DNA of 64,000 bases from Squalus acanthias (lineage: Eukaryota). Below, in pieces: positions 49,602 through 62,339 of the stretch. The notes below the pieces were generated by a model. It had not been told where the DNA came from and ran no database searches. It was given only the letters and a program-made list of their open reading frames with translations. The stretch covers positions 65,536,001 to 65,600,000 of the forward strand of contig CM059438.1 in the NCBI GenBank assembly GCA_030390025.1. The letters run 5' to 3'. Position numbers and translations under genes: made by a program. Within the stretch, counting starts at the first letter, position 1. Each line of letters opens with the position of its first letter.

Positions 49602-50494
49602 GGGGGGGAAATTCAGTATCGCCCCATTTAGGGCGCAATTATCGGCCGGGCGCAAAGATTAGCGCCTGGCGCTAATTATCGCCACCAACTGCAAACTTGA
49701 CTTTTATCGCCCCTGGAGGTGATTGCAGCGCTATATCAGGTGCTTCACACCTGTCTTAAGGCGCAAAGGCCGAGGAGCGAGGCGCTACCTCAGAGCGCTG
49801 GCGAAGCTCATGTAATGTCAGTCAGCAATGAAACACACACACAATGGCACGGGCCAGTTCTTAAAGGAGATAGTTAATCTTGCTTTCCATCCACATCCTG
49901 CTCATTGCAGCCTTGAATCTCGGCCTGGAGAGACCTGCACATCAAATGTGCTGGAAAGAACAATGGAGAGTACCAGGCCAAGAGCTCAGAATGCAGCCCC
50001 CACAGTCTCTGCTAAATCGATACAAGGAATGGCAAATCAAAATGAACCTGCAAAGTGCTGCTCAGTACCCAAAACTCCTTCACACAACGTTGAATCTCTC
50101 CAGAAGTCTCTCCCTCTCTCTCTCAGAATGCGTAGTTCAAAAATGGCACCAACAATAAAAGGCAGGAAGTGGTCACCTTTAAATAGCGCTCCCCCTTTCC
50201 TTTCATGACTGCAGAACGCTCCCCTCAACCTGTCGTTGCTAGCGTCAGGCGGTAAGGCAGGGGACGCCACTCAATATCCGCTCCGGGGCGATACCGGGGC
50301 GTTGCGCACTCGAGTGACGTCATGATCTGCCGGCGCAGGAGATCGTGGCGGTAGTGTTTAGCGCCGCCGCAAAATGTCTAGTTAATGTCGCGAGCGGCGC
50401 AAACTTCGCCGCGCCTGGGCGCTAGATGCTTTGCGCCCCATTAGCGCCCTCTTAAGGCGCTAACGGGAGGCGCAACCAACTGAATTTTTCCCCC
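49602..50494 (-). mobile_element. Non-autonomous deletion derivative of the 44448-48718 Harbinger, inverted
   Basis: TSD TAT. Left part matches 48380-48718 reversed; right part matches 44448-44870 reversed. Confidence 0.88.
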
Positions 50495-51200
50495 TATGTA
50501 CCTTCAAAACTAGCCAATGATACTATCAAACTGTTTTTTCATCCTTAGGAATTGAAGTATCTGAAAACAGCAGAAATTATTCCTAACATCACAATTAACT
50601 TAAAAAAAATATTCTCAGGGAAGACAGCATTTTTTCAAATTAAACTCCAATTATTTTTAAGCTTGTTGCATTGATTTAAGGGGTTTCCAAACCCCTCATT
50701 TTATGAACTTTTCGGTTGGTTAGTCTAGTCCAATTACAAGATGTCGCCAGATTATTGGCATAGAGATAGCAATAGATCCTCAGATCATTTTTTCCTCAGT
50801 CACTTTTCTGACCACAGTCAATCACAAAATCTAAGGCTGCTGTCAGTTAATATACAGCTATCACATTCCAGTACAACCAAGATGATTAAACAAGCAGAAT
50901 CACCTCAAATATCCAAACTTTTAGAGGCACCAAACTACGTCAATTACATTCAACATTAACTCCTTATCCACTTCAAATCATTAAACATTTAAGAAATTCA
51001 AAACTGCCAATCTTTGTGTGAAAGTCTCATGTCCGGAATTAGAGAACTCCACATAAATTGCAATAACCAGCAGTTCACTGTGGCCACAATGAAAGTCTAG
51101 GTTTCACAATTTAATAGATTAGATAACCTCAATAATTCCAATTTAATTCTGTCATATATAGTGGGGAAATGGCCAACTAATAATGGGCAATTTTCTAACA

Positions 51201-51290
51201 GTGGGTAAATGAAGTTAAGATGCAGTTCAGCCATCATCTAATTAAATGACGGAATGGGCTTGAGGGGCTGAATGGCCTTTACCTGATACT
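51201..51290 (+). mobile_element. CR1 extreme 3' end (continues 36800-36820)
   Basis: GGGTAAATGAAGTTAAGATGCAG...GAGGGGCTGAATGGCCT. Confidence 0.65.
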
Positions 51291-52092
51291 GTATATGTAT
51301 ACAACTACTGAACATCATTGGTCGGAGGCAAACAATCCTATCATTGCCCATCGCCCGCTCATCCTCTTCTCTGGGTCGTAACCATGTGCAAACCTGTTAT
51401 TGCATTCTAGCACATCAAGTCATTGTAACCTAAATGAAAGCCAAGGGTTTATCAAACATTGTTTCATTAACTGGATGGGTCAAACCATGACATCACAGTG
51501 CAAGCCTCACCCTCACACTTCGCATCACAGTGAGATCAGACATCACAATAGGTTTGTAAACTGTATAAATTTGAGGGAGGAGGCAGCACAACCAAAATAA
51601 GTGAAGGAAAGGGAGCTGCACTGACTGTGACTAACTGGCTGATCTATCTAGGAGTGAATGTGGTTGGGTAGAAGATCTGAACAGGTTTACTTTGTGAAGG
51701 GAGCGTGAACAATGGAAATATCATCAACCATCAGATTAGACAGAAGGTTGTGGACAATGAAAGGTTTGTCTCAACATGTTTATCTCATCATAATTTGTGA
51801 AAGTCACAATGAGCAATATGAACAATTTAACAGACCCAGTAATATCGATGCGCTGTTGGGTGGAATAGTTCAGTTTAATGTCATTAATAGATCTTCCACG
51901 GCATTGCTCATAGGTAGTCTGGGACCTGGAGCCTGATTACTGATGTTTAGTGGGCACCACTCTCAGGGCCTTCACTGTTGTCCCTCAATGACCACCTGCT
52001 TTCAGCCCTTGAACTTGCTGCTCACTTCCTGTTTTGTAAATGTGTACAACTACTTATCATTAATAGATCTTTGATGGCATTGCTCATAGGTA

Positions 52093-53228
52093 GTCAAAGA
52101 GCATGGATTTGTGAAGGGTATTAGTCACGTCTGACTAATCTAGTAAAAAGAGGTCACTAACATGGCGGACAGGGAATGTCTACGGATGTTGCCTATATGG
52201 ACTTTCAGAAAGTATCTGGTAAGGTTCCGCACAGGAGACTATTGGCGAAAATAGAGTGCTTGGAATTGGAGGTAACCTTGTGACAAGGGTTGATAATTGG
52301 TTGGGAGATCAGAGACAGGGAGTAGGGATAAAGGGACTGTTCTCTGATTGGCGGGATGTGACAAGTGGTGTTTCCCAGGGATCTGTACTGGGGCCTCAGC
52401 TTCTCACTATATTTATCAATGACTTGGATGAAGCAGTAGAGAGCCGTTTATCCAAGTTTGCTGACGACACTAAGTCAGGTGGCACAGCAAGTAATGTAGA
52501 TCGGAGCAGAAAGGTGCAAAGGGACATTGATCGATTAAGTGAGTGGGCAAAACTGTGCCAGATGGAGTTCAACGTGGGGAAGTGTGAAGTCATCCACATT
52601 GGACCCGAGAAAGTTAGATCGTATATTTTCTAAATGCTGAGAAACTAGGAACTGGTGGAAATGTTCCAAAAATAATTTAAAAAGCTAATGGAATGTCAGC
52701 CTTCATCTCAAGGGGGCTGGAATACAAATGGGTAAAAATTACGCTACAGTTGTACAGAGCTCTGGTTAGACCCTATCTAGAGTTCTGGGCATCGCACCTC
52801 AGCAAGGATATCTTGGCCTTAAAGGGGGTGCAGCACAGATTCGCTAGAATGATACCAGGGCTTAAAGGGTTAAATTATGAGGACAGGGTGCAGAGACTAG
52901 GCTTGTATTCCACTGAGTATAGAAGAATAAGTGTGCTCTAATTGAGGAGTTTAAGATGATTAAAGGATTTGATAGAGTAGACAGAGAGAAACTATTTCCT
53001 CTGGTGGGGGAGTCCAGTGGTGAGGGGACATAACCTTAAAATTAGAGCTAGGCCGTTCAGAGGTAATGTCAGGAAGCACTTCTTCACACAAAGAGTAGAG
53101 TAGTGGAAATCTGGAACTCTCTCCCCCAAAAAGCTGTTGAGGCTGGGGGTCAATTGAAAATTTGAAAAATAACATTGATTGATTTTTGTTAGGTAAGGGT
53201 ATTAAGGGATCTGGAACCAAGGCAGGTA
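52093..53228 (+). mobile_element. 5'-truncated CR1 (RT region), decayed
   Basis: SGVSQGSVLGP, KFADDTK, FNVGKCEV, followed by CR1 3' region. Confidence 0.9.
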
Positions 53229-53490
53229 CAGTAAACTCTTGTTTAAACGGCGCTTAATCACCCGGAATACTTTAATAACCGGCAAAATAGATAACCGGTA
53301 ATCTTGCCGAATCCATCCAGCACTCGTTTTGCCGAGTCCAAGTCTCCCGCAGTGGCCAAGTTAGTCAGTGGTTTTTATTTTTGTTTGTGTTAAAAATTGC
53401 CTTGGTAGGTATACCTCTCTGTTATCCAGAATTTTTCATCAACCGGCACCATCCTGGTCCCATAGGTGCCGGATAAGAAAGAGTTTACTG
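53229..53490 (+). mobile_element. Tigger-derived MITE (262 bp)
   Basis: TIRs CAGTAAACTCTT / AAGAGTTTACTG and TA TSD. First ~140 bp match the 7325-7471 Tigger end. Confidence 0.9.
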
Positions 53491-53504
53491 TAAATGGATG
53501 TAAC

Positions 53505-53648
53505 TTTTTCCAGTTCTGATGAAAGGTCGTTGACCTGAAACATTAATTCTGTTTCTCTCCCAACACATGCTGCCTGACCTGCTGAGTATTTTCAACATTT
53601 TCTGCTTTTACTTCAGATTTCCAGCATTGGCAGTATTTTGCTTTTGTA
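53505..53648 (+). mobile_element. Penelope-like terminal fragment with hammerhead motif
   Basis: AGTTCTGATGAAAGGTCGTTGACCTGAAACATTAATT followed by GCTGCCTGACCTGCTGAGTATTT...AGATTTCCAGCAT. Confidence 0.65.
53512..53548 (+). ncRNA. Minimal hammerhead ribozyme motif (degenerate)
   Basis: CTGATGA core, stem II AGGTC/GACCT, GAAA. Stem III reads AACATT instead of palindromic AACGTT. Confidence 0.6.
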
Positions 53649-54243
53649 ATGGTGTCAGTGCCCTGGTTCAGGAGAGATAACATTGTTGGGATAATTCCTT
53701 CCTTATCCTTTTAACAGATTTGAATAGCTAGAGACAGTAATATGTCTGAGCATTAACTTCATATTTTATTGTTTCAAAACATGCATCTTAAAACTTCATA
53801 CAGAATAGTACATGTTTAGCCCTATGTCTAAAACTATCTGTGCAGACAATTTCTATGGGAAAATCATAAGCAGGGCTTGTCCAACTCAATTCACGTTATC
53901 TGATCTTGAAGGTAAACAAAGTTTCCTACTGAGTGAAATGTTGCATCTCTTTTTGTACCATTTTCTTTTCTTGTCCAGTTCCTGCTGGATTCAACACTAC
54001 CAGGTGTTTTATGATCCTTGGAGCTTTGAACAGATTGCTAGACAGAGATGAGGGGCCTCATGACTTGTCACACCATACCATCACTTCCTATCCTTGCTTT
54101 TCCTGAGCCAGAGCATCGTTGTACAAACTTTTGAAGATATGCTCTTATAGTAAAAGAAATCTATTGCCTTTTTATATAGCAATAATTCCCTCTCTCACAC
54201 CCCGTCCCTGCTGTGATCAAAAGCCTGTATTTTAAAAGCCTAT

Positions 54244-55486
54244 GGGGGCGATTTTCCCTGGATACTTTAGGCGCTAAAGAACCTCCAAGGTGGCCAAGAT
54301 GAGGTCTTAAGTTGAAACACCAGTTTAGCCCGCGTTTAGTGCAAGATGCTGGAACTCGCTGCCGACGGAAGTGGCGGAAGCGGAGACACTCAATGTTTTC
54401 AAGGGGTGACTGGATAGGCACTTGAGGGAAATAAACTTGCAGGGCTACGGGGATAGAGCGAGGGAATAGGGCTGACTGGATTGCTCTACAGAGAGCCGGC
54501 ACGGTCTCGATGGGCCGAATGGCCTCCTTCTGTGCCGTTATGACTCCATGCCATCTTGGGAAAGGAGTTGAGCTTGCGCTCGGTACGGCTGCCTGGAGGA
54601 TCGTTAAGGGGCTGATTACCACTTAAATTGCCTGCTAACGCTCATTAAGGAGGCTGAACTGCATTTTGGTGGCTAGCACTTGAACTAACGCCTTCTCCTA
54701 ACAGCAACCAGCTGACTGGGAGTAAACAAATCATTGCAGAGGATTTTGAGCGCTACTTAAAGGTATATCACCTTTTACTTACTGTTCACTTGCTGCTGGA
54801 AGTTTGAAGAGGATTTTTGAAACACATCGGGAGATTTTCTGGGACACTTTGTCAAGGCTTCACCAACACTCTATCTACATTTATTCTGGAAATTCTCTGA
54901 GGTCTTCACCTGAGAAGTGTGAGTGCTGTGCTACTCTACCTTATTGGACACCTTATAGGAGTCAACAGGAGAAAGGGAGTGCTTGGTCATCGGCATCTTG
55001 CTGGGGGTCCCCCTTGGTCTGCAGGAGGAATGGGAGGAGGACATGAGGCCAGGCAGTGCAGCACCAGCTGCTTCAGGAGAGAGGGACAGGAGGGCGAGGT
55101 GGACTCCATCCCCCCTGCGGGTACAGGACATCCCTCCTCCTCTGGACCTCCTCCACCAGGACCCCCAGTGCCGCGTCCGAGAACCTGTGCACCTTATCAC
55201 TCGGTCCCTGAGACATCCTGAAACGTGCTGCTGTGTGTCAGCCAGCACACTCCACACTCACAGTGGAAGTGGGTGAGAGAAGCCCACATATACTGCTCCA
55301 CAAAAATTCTGTCAAATCATTGCTAAACCTGCAGGTGTCTGCTTTAGCACCTCCTGGCAAGTTCAAATTATGGTAATCAGCAATTAGGACCAAATTGCGT
55401 GCTAAAACCAGAGTTTCAGCAGGCGTGTCTTATTAGCACCGTACCCATTTAGTGCGTGTTTTCACTCTTTCACCAAAATAACCCCC
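54244..55486. mobile_element. Decayed Harbinger-derived non-autonomous element with an internal CR1 3' fragment (~54395-54545)
   Basis: Ends GGGGGCGATTTT / AAAATAACCCCC, GGCGCTAA/TAGCAC motifs, CR1 tail CGATGGGCCGAATGGCCTCCTTCTGTG. Confidence 0.6.
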
Positions 55487-55575
55487 AAGAGATTTTAACC
55501 TAACAACCCTTTTAGTTCCATATTATCCAACTAGCGTATTTATTTATTAATATGTGGCTATCCTTACAGTACAAT

Positions 55576-56338
55576 GAGGCAGAAATTCGGGTCTCCACGG
55601 GTGAGTACACGCTCTGTACTCACCCGTAGACCCAACGAAAGTTCCGGTTTCGCGCATGCACTGTGCATGCGCTGGAAACCGGAACTTCCGTTCCCTTGAA
55701 GGAAGGGGTTCGGAGGTCAAACGCGTGCGCCGGAGAGGCAGCGCGCACGCATCGAACTTCCGCTTTTTTTTCAGGTTTCCCCGTGAGGGTAAGTCCCTGA
55801 CAGCTGCGCGGGGAAAAAGCAGGCACAAGGCCTGCTTTTAACAAGGTAAGTTGTCAATTAAGTGAAATTTAAACATTTTTTCCACAGGTTTATCTTTTTT
55901 AAATACTTTAAAGAAAGGTAAGTTTATTTTTAGCCCCGTTAAAAACTGTAATTAATGTTTTCAAAAATTCTAATTTTTGTTTAAAATAGTTAATTTATGT
56001 AATTTATAGTTATTTTAAAAATGTGATTTAAAAAAAAAAATATTTGAAGTTTTAGTTAGGTTTTGGGGCCAATCTCTATTCATAGATTTGACAGGTCTTC
56101 CTGTCAAATCTATGAATGGAGATTCCCTGCTCCGATTGGCTCTCCATGGCCCACGTGATCCCAGGGGATGCTTCGAACTAACTGCGCCCCTGGGATACGC
56201 AAGCACTGCACACCGGCAGCTGGAGGAGGCCCAGGACCGGAATCCCACGCGGGCCCACAGCACAACGGCAGGCACGGTAGGTAAGTGAAGGTCGGGGGCT
56301 TGCACCCGCGGGAAGCCTCCGACCCGAATTTCTGGCCC
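55576..56338 (+). mobile_element. MITE family A, copy 3
   Basis: TIRs GAGGCAGAAATTCGGGTC / GACCCGAATTTCTGGCCC and TSD AAT. Confidence 0.88.
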
Positions 56339-57249
56339 AATTATTGTCTTTGGCCCTGACATTCATCCTCTCCAATGGTATTAGCATCATTGAGGGGAAA
56401 AAGCCCGGATTTGTGAGCAAACAATTTGAACCAGTTCTGCTGTATTAGCTGTTCTGTCCTTGATCTGTATTAGAATAATGTAAAAACATATATATATAAT
56501 CTCTCAGAATCAGCCAGAGCTTCACGATCATGATCACTATCCATTGACTCCTGCTGAAATGTGACCATTTGTGAACATTGGACTGAGGGCAGAGTCAGCT
56601 CCAACGTGATGTTCTCCACGGGTGAATAGCCTATCAACAGTCACTGTGTAGGCTTGCACTTGAACGGATTTTGGGCACCTGCGCAACCTTATCCAAGCGG
56701 GAATCGGTGACTAGAGGAGAGGATGGGAGAAAAAGATCTAGGGGTGGGTTACGAAATGGGAACAGAATCTGGGGCTCAGGTGACAGTGACAAACCACTCT
56801 CACAATGACAGCAAAATGTGAGAGAAAAACTCACAGGTGCCCACTGAAAAAAAAATCTTGCACATTTCTTCTGAAACTGAAAGTAACTGTATGCATGAAA
56901 AAAAATTCTCATGATATTTATAAACTAGTCAACCATTCCTGCTACTTGTGACATGATCTGTACCCTTTTTATGGTGCTATTTCCTTACATTACAGTCACA
57001 GATGTAATATGCTATTTTAGTCTCAAACAAGTGTGAGGATTTAGTGATTCCGTCGATTGCTGTGGAATTGGGATCTATATTATCTGTACATGATAAATGT
57101 CTTATTCCAATCGTGCTGCAACTTTCATTTCCTGTATTTAACCAGTATGAACAGTGCAGTTGATCAGTGACAGGACTTTGTGTTATTGCTGGTACACCTC
57201 ACTATGAACAAATGTATTTATTCAATGATAAAGGAACAGATATAGATAC

Positions 57250-57460
57250 GAGCTGAATTCCAGAAGTGAGGCGAGAGTGACTGCCCTTGACGTCAAGGCA
57301 GCATTTGACCGAGTATGGCATCAACAAGCTCTAGTAAAGCTGAAGTCAATGGGTATCAGGAGGGGGAAACTCTCCAGTGGCTGGAGTCATACCTGGCACA
57401 AAGGAAGATGGAGGCCAATTATCACAGCCCCAGAACATCGCTGCCGGAAGTTCTCAGGGC
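57250..57460 (+). mobile_element. LINE RT fragment (CR1-group)
   Basis: TALDVKAAFDRVWHQQALVKLKSMGI. Confidence 0.75.
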
Positions 57461-58430
57461 AGCGGCTGCGAGGCTGGGCTGTCACCAAGGGAGGGAAAGC
57501 CTGATGGTAAGGCAGCCCCTTGGTGATCTTTCTGACAGCAACACTTAAGCACAGCACCGGGCAGGGTTGTGAAATCAGATCTCTTTCCCACTGGGGCATT
57601 AAAGAATGTGTAGGTATAACTGAAAAAAATTACATGAAAAAGATTTGTAATTGCCCATAATTTATAGCCTTATTGATGAAGAAGTCGAGATAACATTAGA
57701 GTGCAACACAATAAATGCAAATCTGTAAATTGACTACAATGGTATTTAAACTAATTCCACAGATCTATATATTTCAATTCTAAAATCCATGAGAAGTCTA
57801 CCTCTCCCCTGTGTTCTACCAGGGTAGTGGTTTCTCCTTTCAATACAGAAGCCAGAATTCAAACAACGGAGGTTCTCTGGTGGAGATGTAATATTAGACC
57901 ACGGTACCTTATCAGTTAGTCAGAACACACTGTTGGCAGCTCCAGCAATCTGGTTATTACCTTTTATTGGCAGTTAATTTCTACAGATGTGATGTCAAAA
58001 TGGACTATTGATAATCCTCCTCCATAAAAAGCCATCTGTGTTCCCATAACAAAGGTGGAGAGAGTTACAGTACCATGAAACACGTCTGAGATGCAACTAT
58101 GCAATGTGCGTGTCTGATAGAACAAAGCAGCTCAGCACTTTTGCATTCTTTCTAGGTCTTCCAGAGACCCATTAAACGTTTAAGGTGCAATATGGTCCTA
58201 CATTGCTGGAATGGGAGAAAATAGTAACAATTTTTATAACAAGTACTTTGTCCAACAAAGTAAAAGCCTAATAAGACTGGTCCTTATTTTCTGTATAATG
58301 GGTGTTTTATTCAGATCAATTGTTTATAGATTTATTGGTGTGGCTCTACTCTGATACTTGAGAGGGCTCTTGAGTCATAAATGGCAGTGTTGAGAAATTA
58401 TGTGCTAAGATGCTTCTCCATAAAGATAGA

Positions 58431-59185
58431 GGCCTGGAGTTTTTGCTTGGTTGCGAGGTTTTTTTGCGCAATTCGCCCTAAATCGGTGTAACCAGCAAAC
58501 AAAATTTCCGGAATTTTAAGTGCAACTTACATTCAGCACAACTCGAGTTTCCGCGATCTTTTGCGCTAGTTTAAAAATCATCACGCTAGAAGCTGGCCCC
58601 GCCCACAAAACTGGCCACGCCCCCAGATCAAATTAATCACCATGGCGAGTTTCCGCTAATTTTGCGGGCCTTCGAGAAGGCTCTAAAAATTAAACTGGAT
58701 CTTTTGTGCACAAGGACACTAAAAGGTTTTGAATGTAATTTTTTTTTAATTTACTAAGAAACTGAGTTTTGTGCACCAATATAACTGGGAAATGGTTCTG
58801 CATATTTTATAAAAGTCACTTTCAGTAAGTTAAACTGGGATTACTCACAGGTGGTGGACTAGACACTGATTAAAAATACTTATTTTTTGTGATAAACCCA
58901 TTTTCAGCTGTATTAATGAATCTTTACCAAGTTACCACTCTTAAATATATCAAGGAATATTTTTTAAAGTGATTTAAAAAAAAAAAATTACGCTTTAAAA
59001 CGCTGCTTGATTGCACTGGTTCCTGGCAAATTTTGTGTTCGGTGATATGCAAATGAGTTTGAGTGAAAGCTCAAGATAAAAAACTTGACAGAACTAGTGC
59101 AATTTTGGGTGCAATTTGCACCTCTTTTGCCAATTGCAGTATTTCAAACCTTTCAGAGATCTTCTAAGAAATTCAACTACCCCCA
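58431..59185. mobile_element. Possible old non-autonomous DNA transposon
   Basis: GGCCTGGAGTTT start, CpG-rich left part, AT-rich core. Right end and TSD not resolved. Confidence 0.35.
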
Positions 59186-61664
59186 CTGTCATTGGCATTC
59201 CGAAATCTTAGCTTTTGTCATCACTGTCAGTTTCTCGAGCTGTAGAATAACAAGAGAGAAAGGTTGGTATCTTCAGCTGAAAATGTGCAAGAGAAAATCT
59301 GAGCTTTTACAAAAAAAGGGAACAGATGTACGCTGTGTTGTCTCAGTCCTTAGCCAAACTGTTCCAATGTTTGGATTGAACTCTGTTAAAAATATTATCC
59401 GCACCACAAAAACTAACGGCTTGGTAACACTATGGTACAGTACAGGACCATATTGAACAGTGATGCAAGTGAGCAGCCTTGGTTAAACTGACCAATTGTA
59501 TTACAGTTGAGAGAAGGGGACACAACTGCATACTCAAATTCTTGCATGGACATTTGCTTAGTGGCGTCATTGCCAGTGAACTTTCTAATAATTGATAGCA
59601 CAGTGCACTCTTTTTTTTAATTACTAGAAGCGAAGGGGTAGCACAACGAGCCAGCAGAAGTTTATAAACGTTCCCCGATGCATTACTGGCTGGGGCACTA
59701 TGTCGTGCACACGTCGCTGTGAGGCTATATTTGCCTCGGTATACTGCAGTTCTGGTATCAGGGCTCTGAAGGCTCACTACATTTTGGCCAATGCCTGCTA
59801 AAGGTTAAATGGAAAAACAAGTTTGTTAATGTTACATCTGCTCTTTCTAAATTCAAATTGGTCTGATTAAACCATTATTAAGGTACTAAAAGATTATAAA
59901 GGTAGGCCTGCAACCAACACACTCAAGTGCGTCCACGTCACTTTTGAAGATCTAAGGAATAAAATCTGTCCGAGGTGAGTTAAAAAGTTGATCCTGACTT
60001 TAGTTTCCATTTAACATCCCTTCAAATTCAACATGAACATTTATTTGTATTGATTTGGTGTCTTGTTCAAGAGAAAGACTTAGTGACGGAGTCGGTGAGA
60101 GAACTGCCCTTTCATATTTGTTGCTGGATTTCAGTGCAGTTCTGACAGAGCGAACAAGTCTTCTCTCTCTGCTAGTTTTCAGAATCGTACAGCAACAACA
60201 ACAACAAAATTGGACCTTTTAATGTGGAAAATATCCCAATGAGCTTTACGAAGGGGGAGGGAGAAACAACAGGGATAAAGGAATGGACTTTGTGCCATGG
60301 CGGAAGAGTTAGGAGAGGTAACTGACAGAATATTTGACAAGATGGATTTTCAGAAGGTTTGTCAAGGCAGGGAGAAGTGGCGAGATGAAGGGGTTTACAG
60401 TGAGAATTCCAGAGCTGAGGTGGCTGAAAGTTCTGCTACCAATGGTGGGATGAAGGGAGTGGAGAGGAAGATAAAAGGTCAGCGTTTGTGGACCAGAGGG
60501 TGGAGGGGGATATAAGGTTAGAGGAGCTTGTTTGGGTATGATTCCACGGATTCTAGTGGCCCTCAGATATCTAGCCCTCAGATATCTAGCCCAATGGCCA
60601 TTTTGTCTTGTGTGAACCTTGACAGCAAGTGTCAGCAGCCATTCAACCGTGGAAGGCATCGCAGCTGAACCAGATTGTGTCATCATGCAGCAAAGGTCAC
60701 TGGATAGCAGTCAGCAGTGGAAACGCAGGCTGATTATTTTACCTCCCTGGACCAAGGGGCTTGATACTACTTGTAGGAACCCAAACACGTCACTGCCTGA
60801 AATCACCGAACTCTGCACAGACTAGAACTCGAACCTGGGACCTACTTGAGCACAAAAACACGCCATATTTTGTAACTTCATGCTGTTCCTGCAAGAGATA
60901 AAGTAAGTCATCCGTGTATGAAAGTCTTCAAGGTCTTCCTCAAAATGGCAGGAAAATAAAAGATTGATCATTAAATTCAAGGTAAACTCTCAGTTCTGCC
61001 TGAAGCTTTTTAATAGTCAAGGTTTTACATCAAAGTTTGACATTTCCAGTATCATGATTCTAGATAGGCTTGTTTATTAACTGTACTATCAGGACTGGAG
61101 CATGATCTGAAAGCATCAATACCCGATGTAAGATGTTAGTTTGCCAGATACAGACAAAAAAAGAGTTGGTAATAAAAATCAGCAGGCAAATAAATATCAT
61201 GTACTGCATTTTAACAAATAAATCTCCTGCTTGAAGCCTGGTTACCTTTTACATGCCTGGTACCCAATTTCCCCCAGCATACCTCTCAACCCATTTGATG
61301 ATGTCTTACATAACAGTCTGCTCCTTCCAACCTATTTAAAATATATATATTCTCGGGTTGTGGGTGATGCTGGCAAGGTTGCATTTATTTGTCATCCTTC
61401 GTTGCCCTGAGAAGGTGGTGGTGGTGGTGGATTTTCTCCTTGAACTCCTGCAGTTTTTGTGGTGATCGGGCTCCCTCAATAGTGTTAATTGAGTTTGGAA
61501 TTTCAAAATTACACAAGATGTCCAAGGACGGTTGGAATTAAATGCAAGTTAAGTGATAATTATGAGCACTTGTGTTAATGCAAACTCATGTTGAACTATG
61601 TAGGGCTATCCTGACTTGCTGTAAATCTGCTGTCAATATGTGATATCTTTTTCATATGGATTTA

Positions 61665-62080
61665 AAGTGTCAGCTTGGTTCAGATGGGTGCACCATCATC
61701 TCCTTGGTCAGAAGGTTGTGGGTTCAAACCTCACTCTATGAATTTCCACTCCAGTGCAATATTGAGGGTGTGTTGCATTGTCAGAGGTGCCAACTTTAGG
61801 ATGAAATGTTAAACCATCCGGAAATGGATGTAAAGAAGCCAATGATGCTGCTTGAAGAAGAATGGAGTGCTCCTGGTATCCCGAATAACTTTCTTCCTTA
61901 AGCTAATACCACCAAAAACCGATTACAGTACCTGGTCATTCATTCATTTGCTGTTTGTGGGATCCTAGTGTGTGTAAATTGGCTGCTGCATTAGTGTGAT
62001 TACACTTACAGTGATTACACTTAATTTATCAGCACTGATGCACTTCAGAGAGCTATATAAATGCAAATTATTTCTTTCCT
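61665..62080 (+). mobile_element. Deu-domain SINE, decayed
   Basis: Head, core and tail motifs as in 62340-62800. Confidence 0.75.
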
Positions 62081-62339
62081 TGAAGTAATTTCTTAAATGT
62101 ATAGATAGCCCCAGCATTGAAAACAAAAAACTGAATAAACCACTTGTAGACTTGTGCTGAACTGCACTTAAATGTAGTAGATTTTTCTCCTGAGCTGCAT
62201 TTATACTGCCACTTTTTAGTTGGTGCAAATCACATAATGGCATAAGTGGCAGTCGAACTCAGAGAGCAGAATGACCTATGCCAGGTGGCCATCTTGCCCT
62301 GGTTTGTGCTCTCAAAACATGTCAGCCATGGCTCAGTAT

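Noticed and set aside
60559..60592. 15-bp tandem duplication GCCCTCAGATATCTA x2
   Set aside because: Simple slippage duplication with no further structure.
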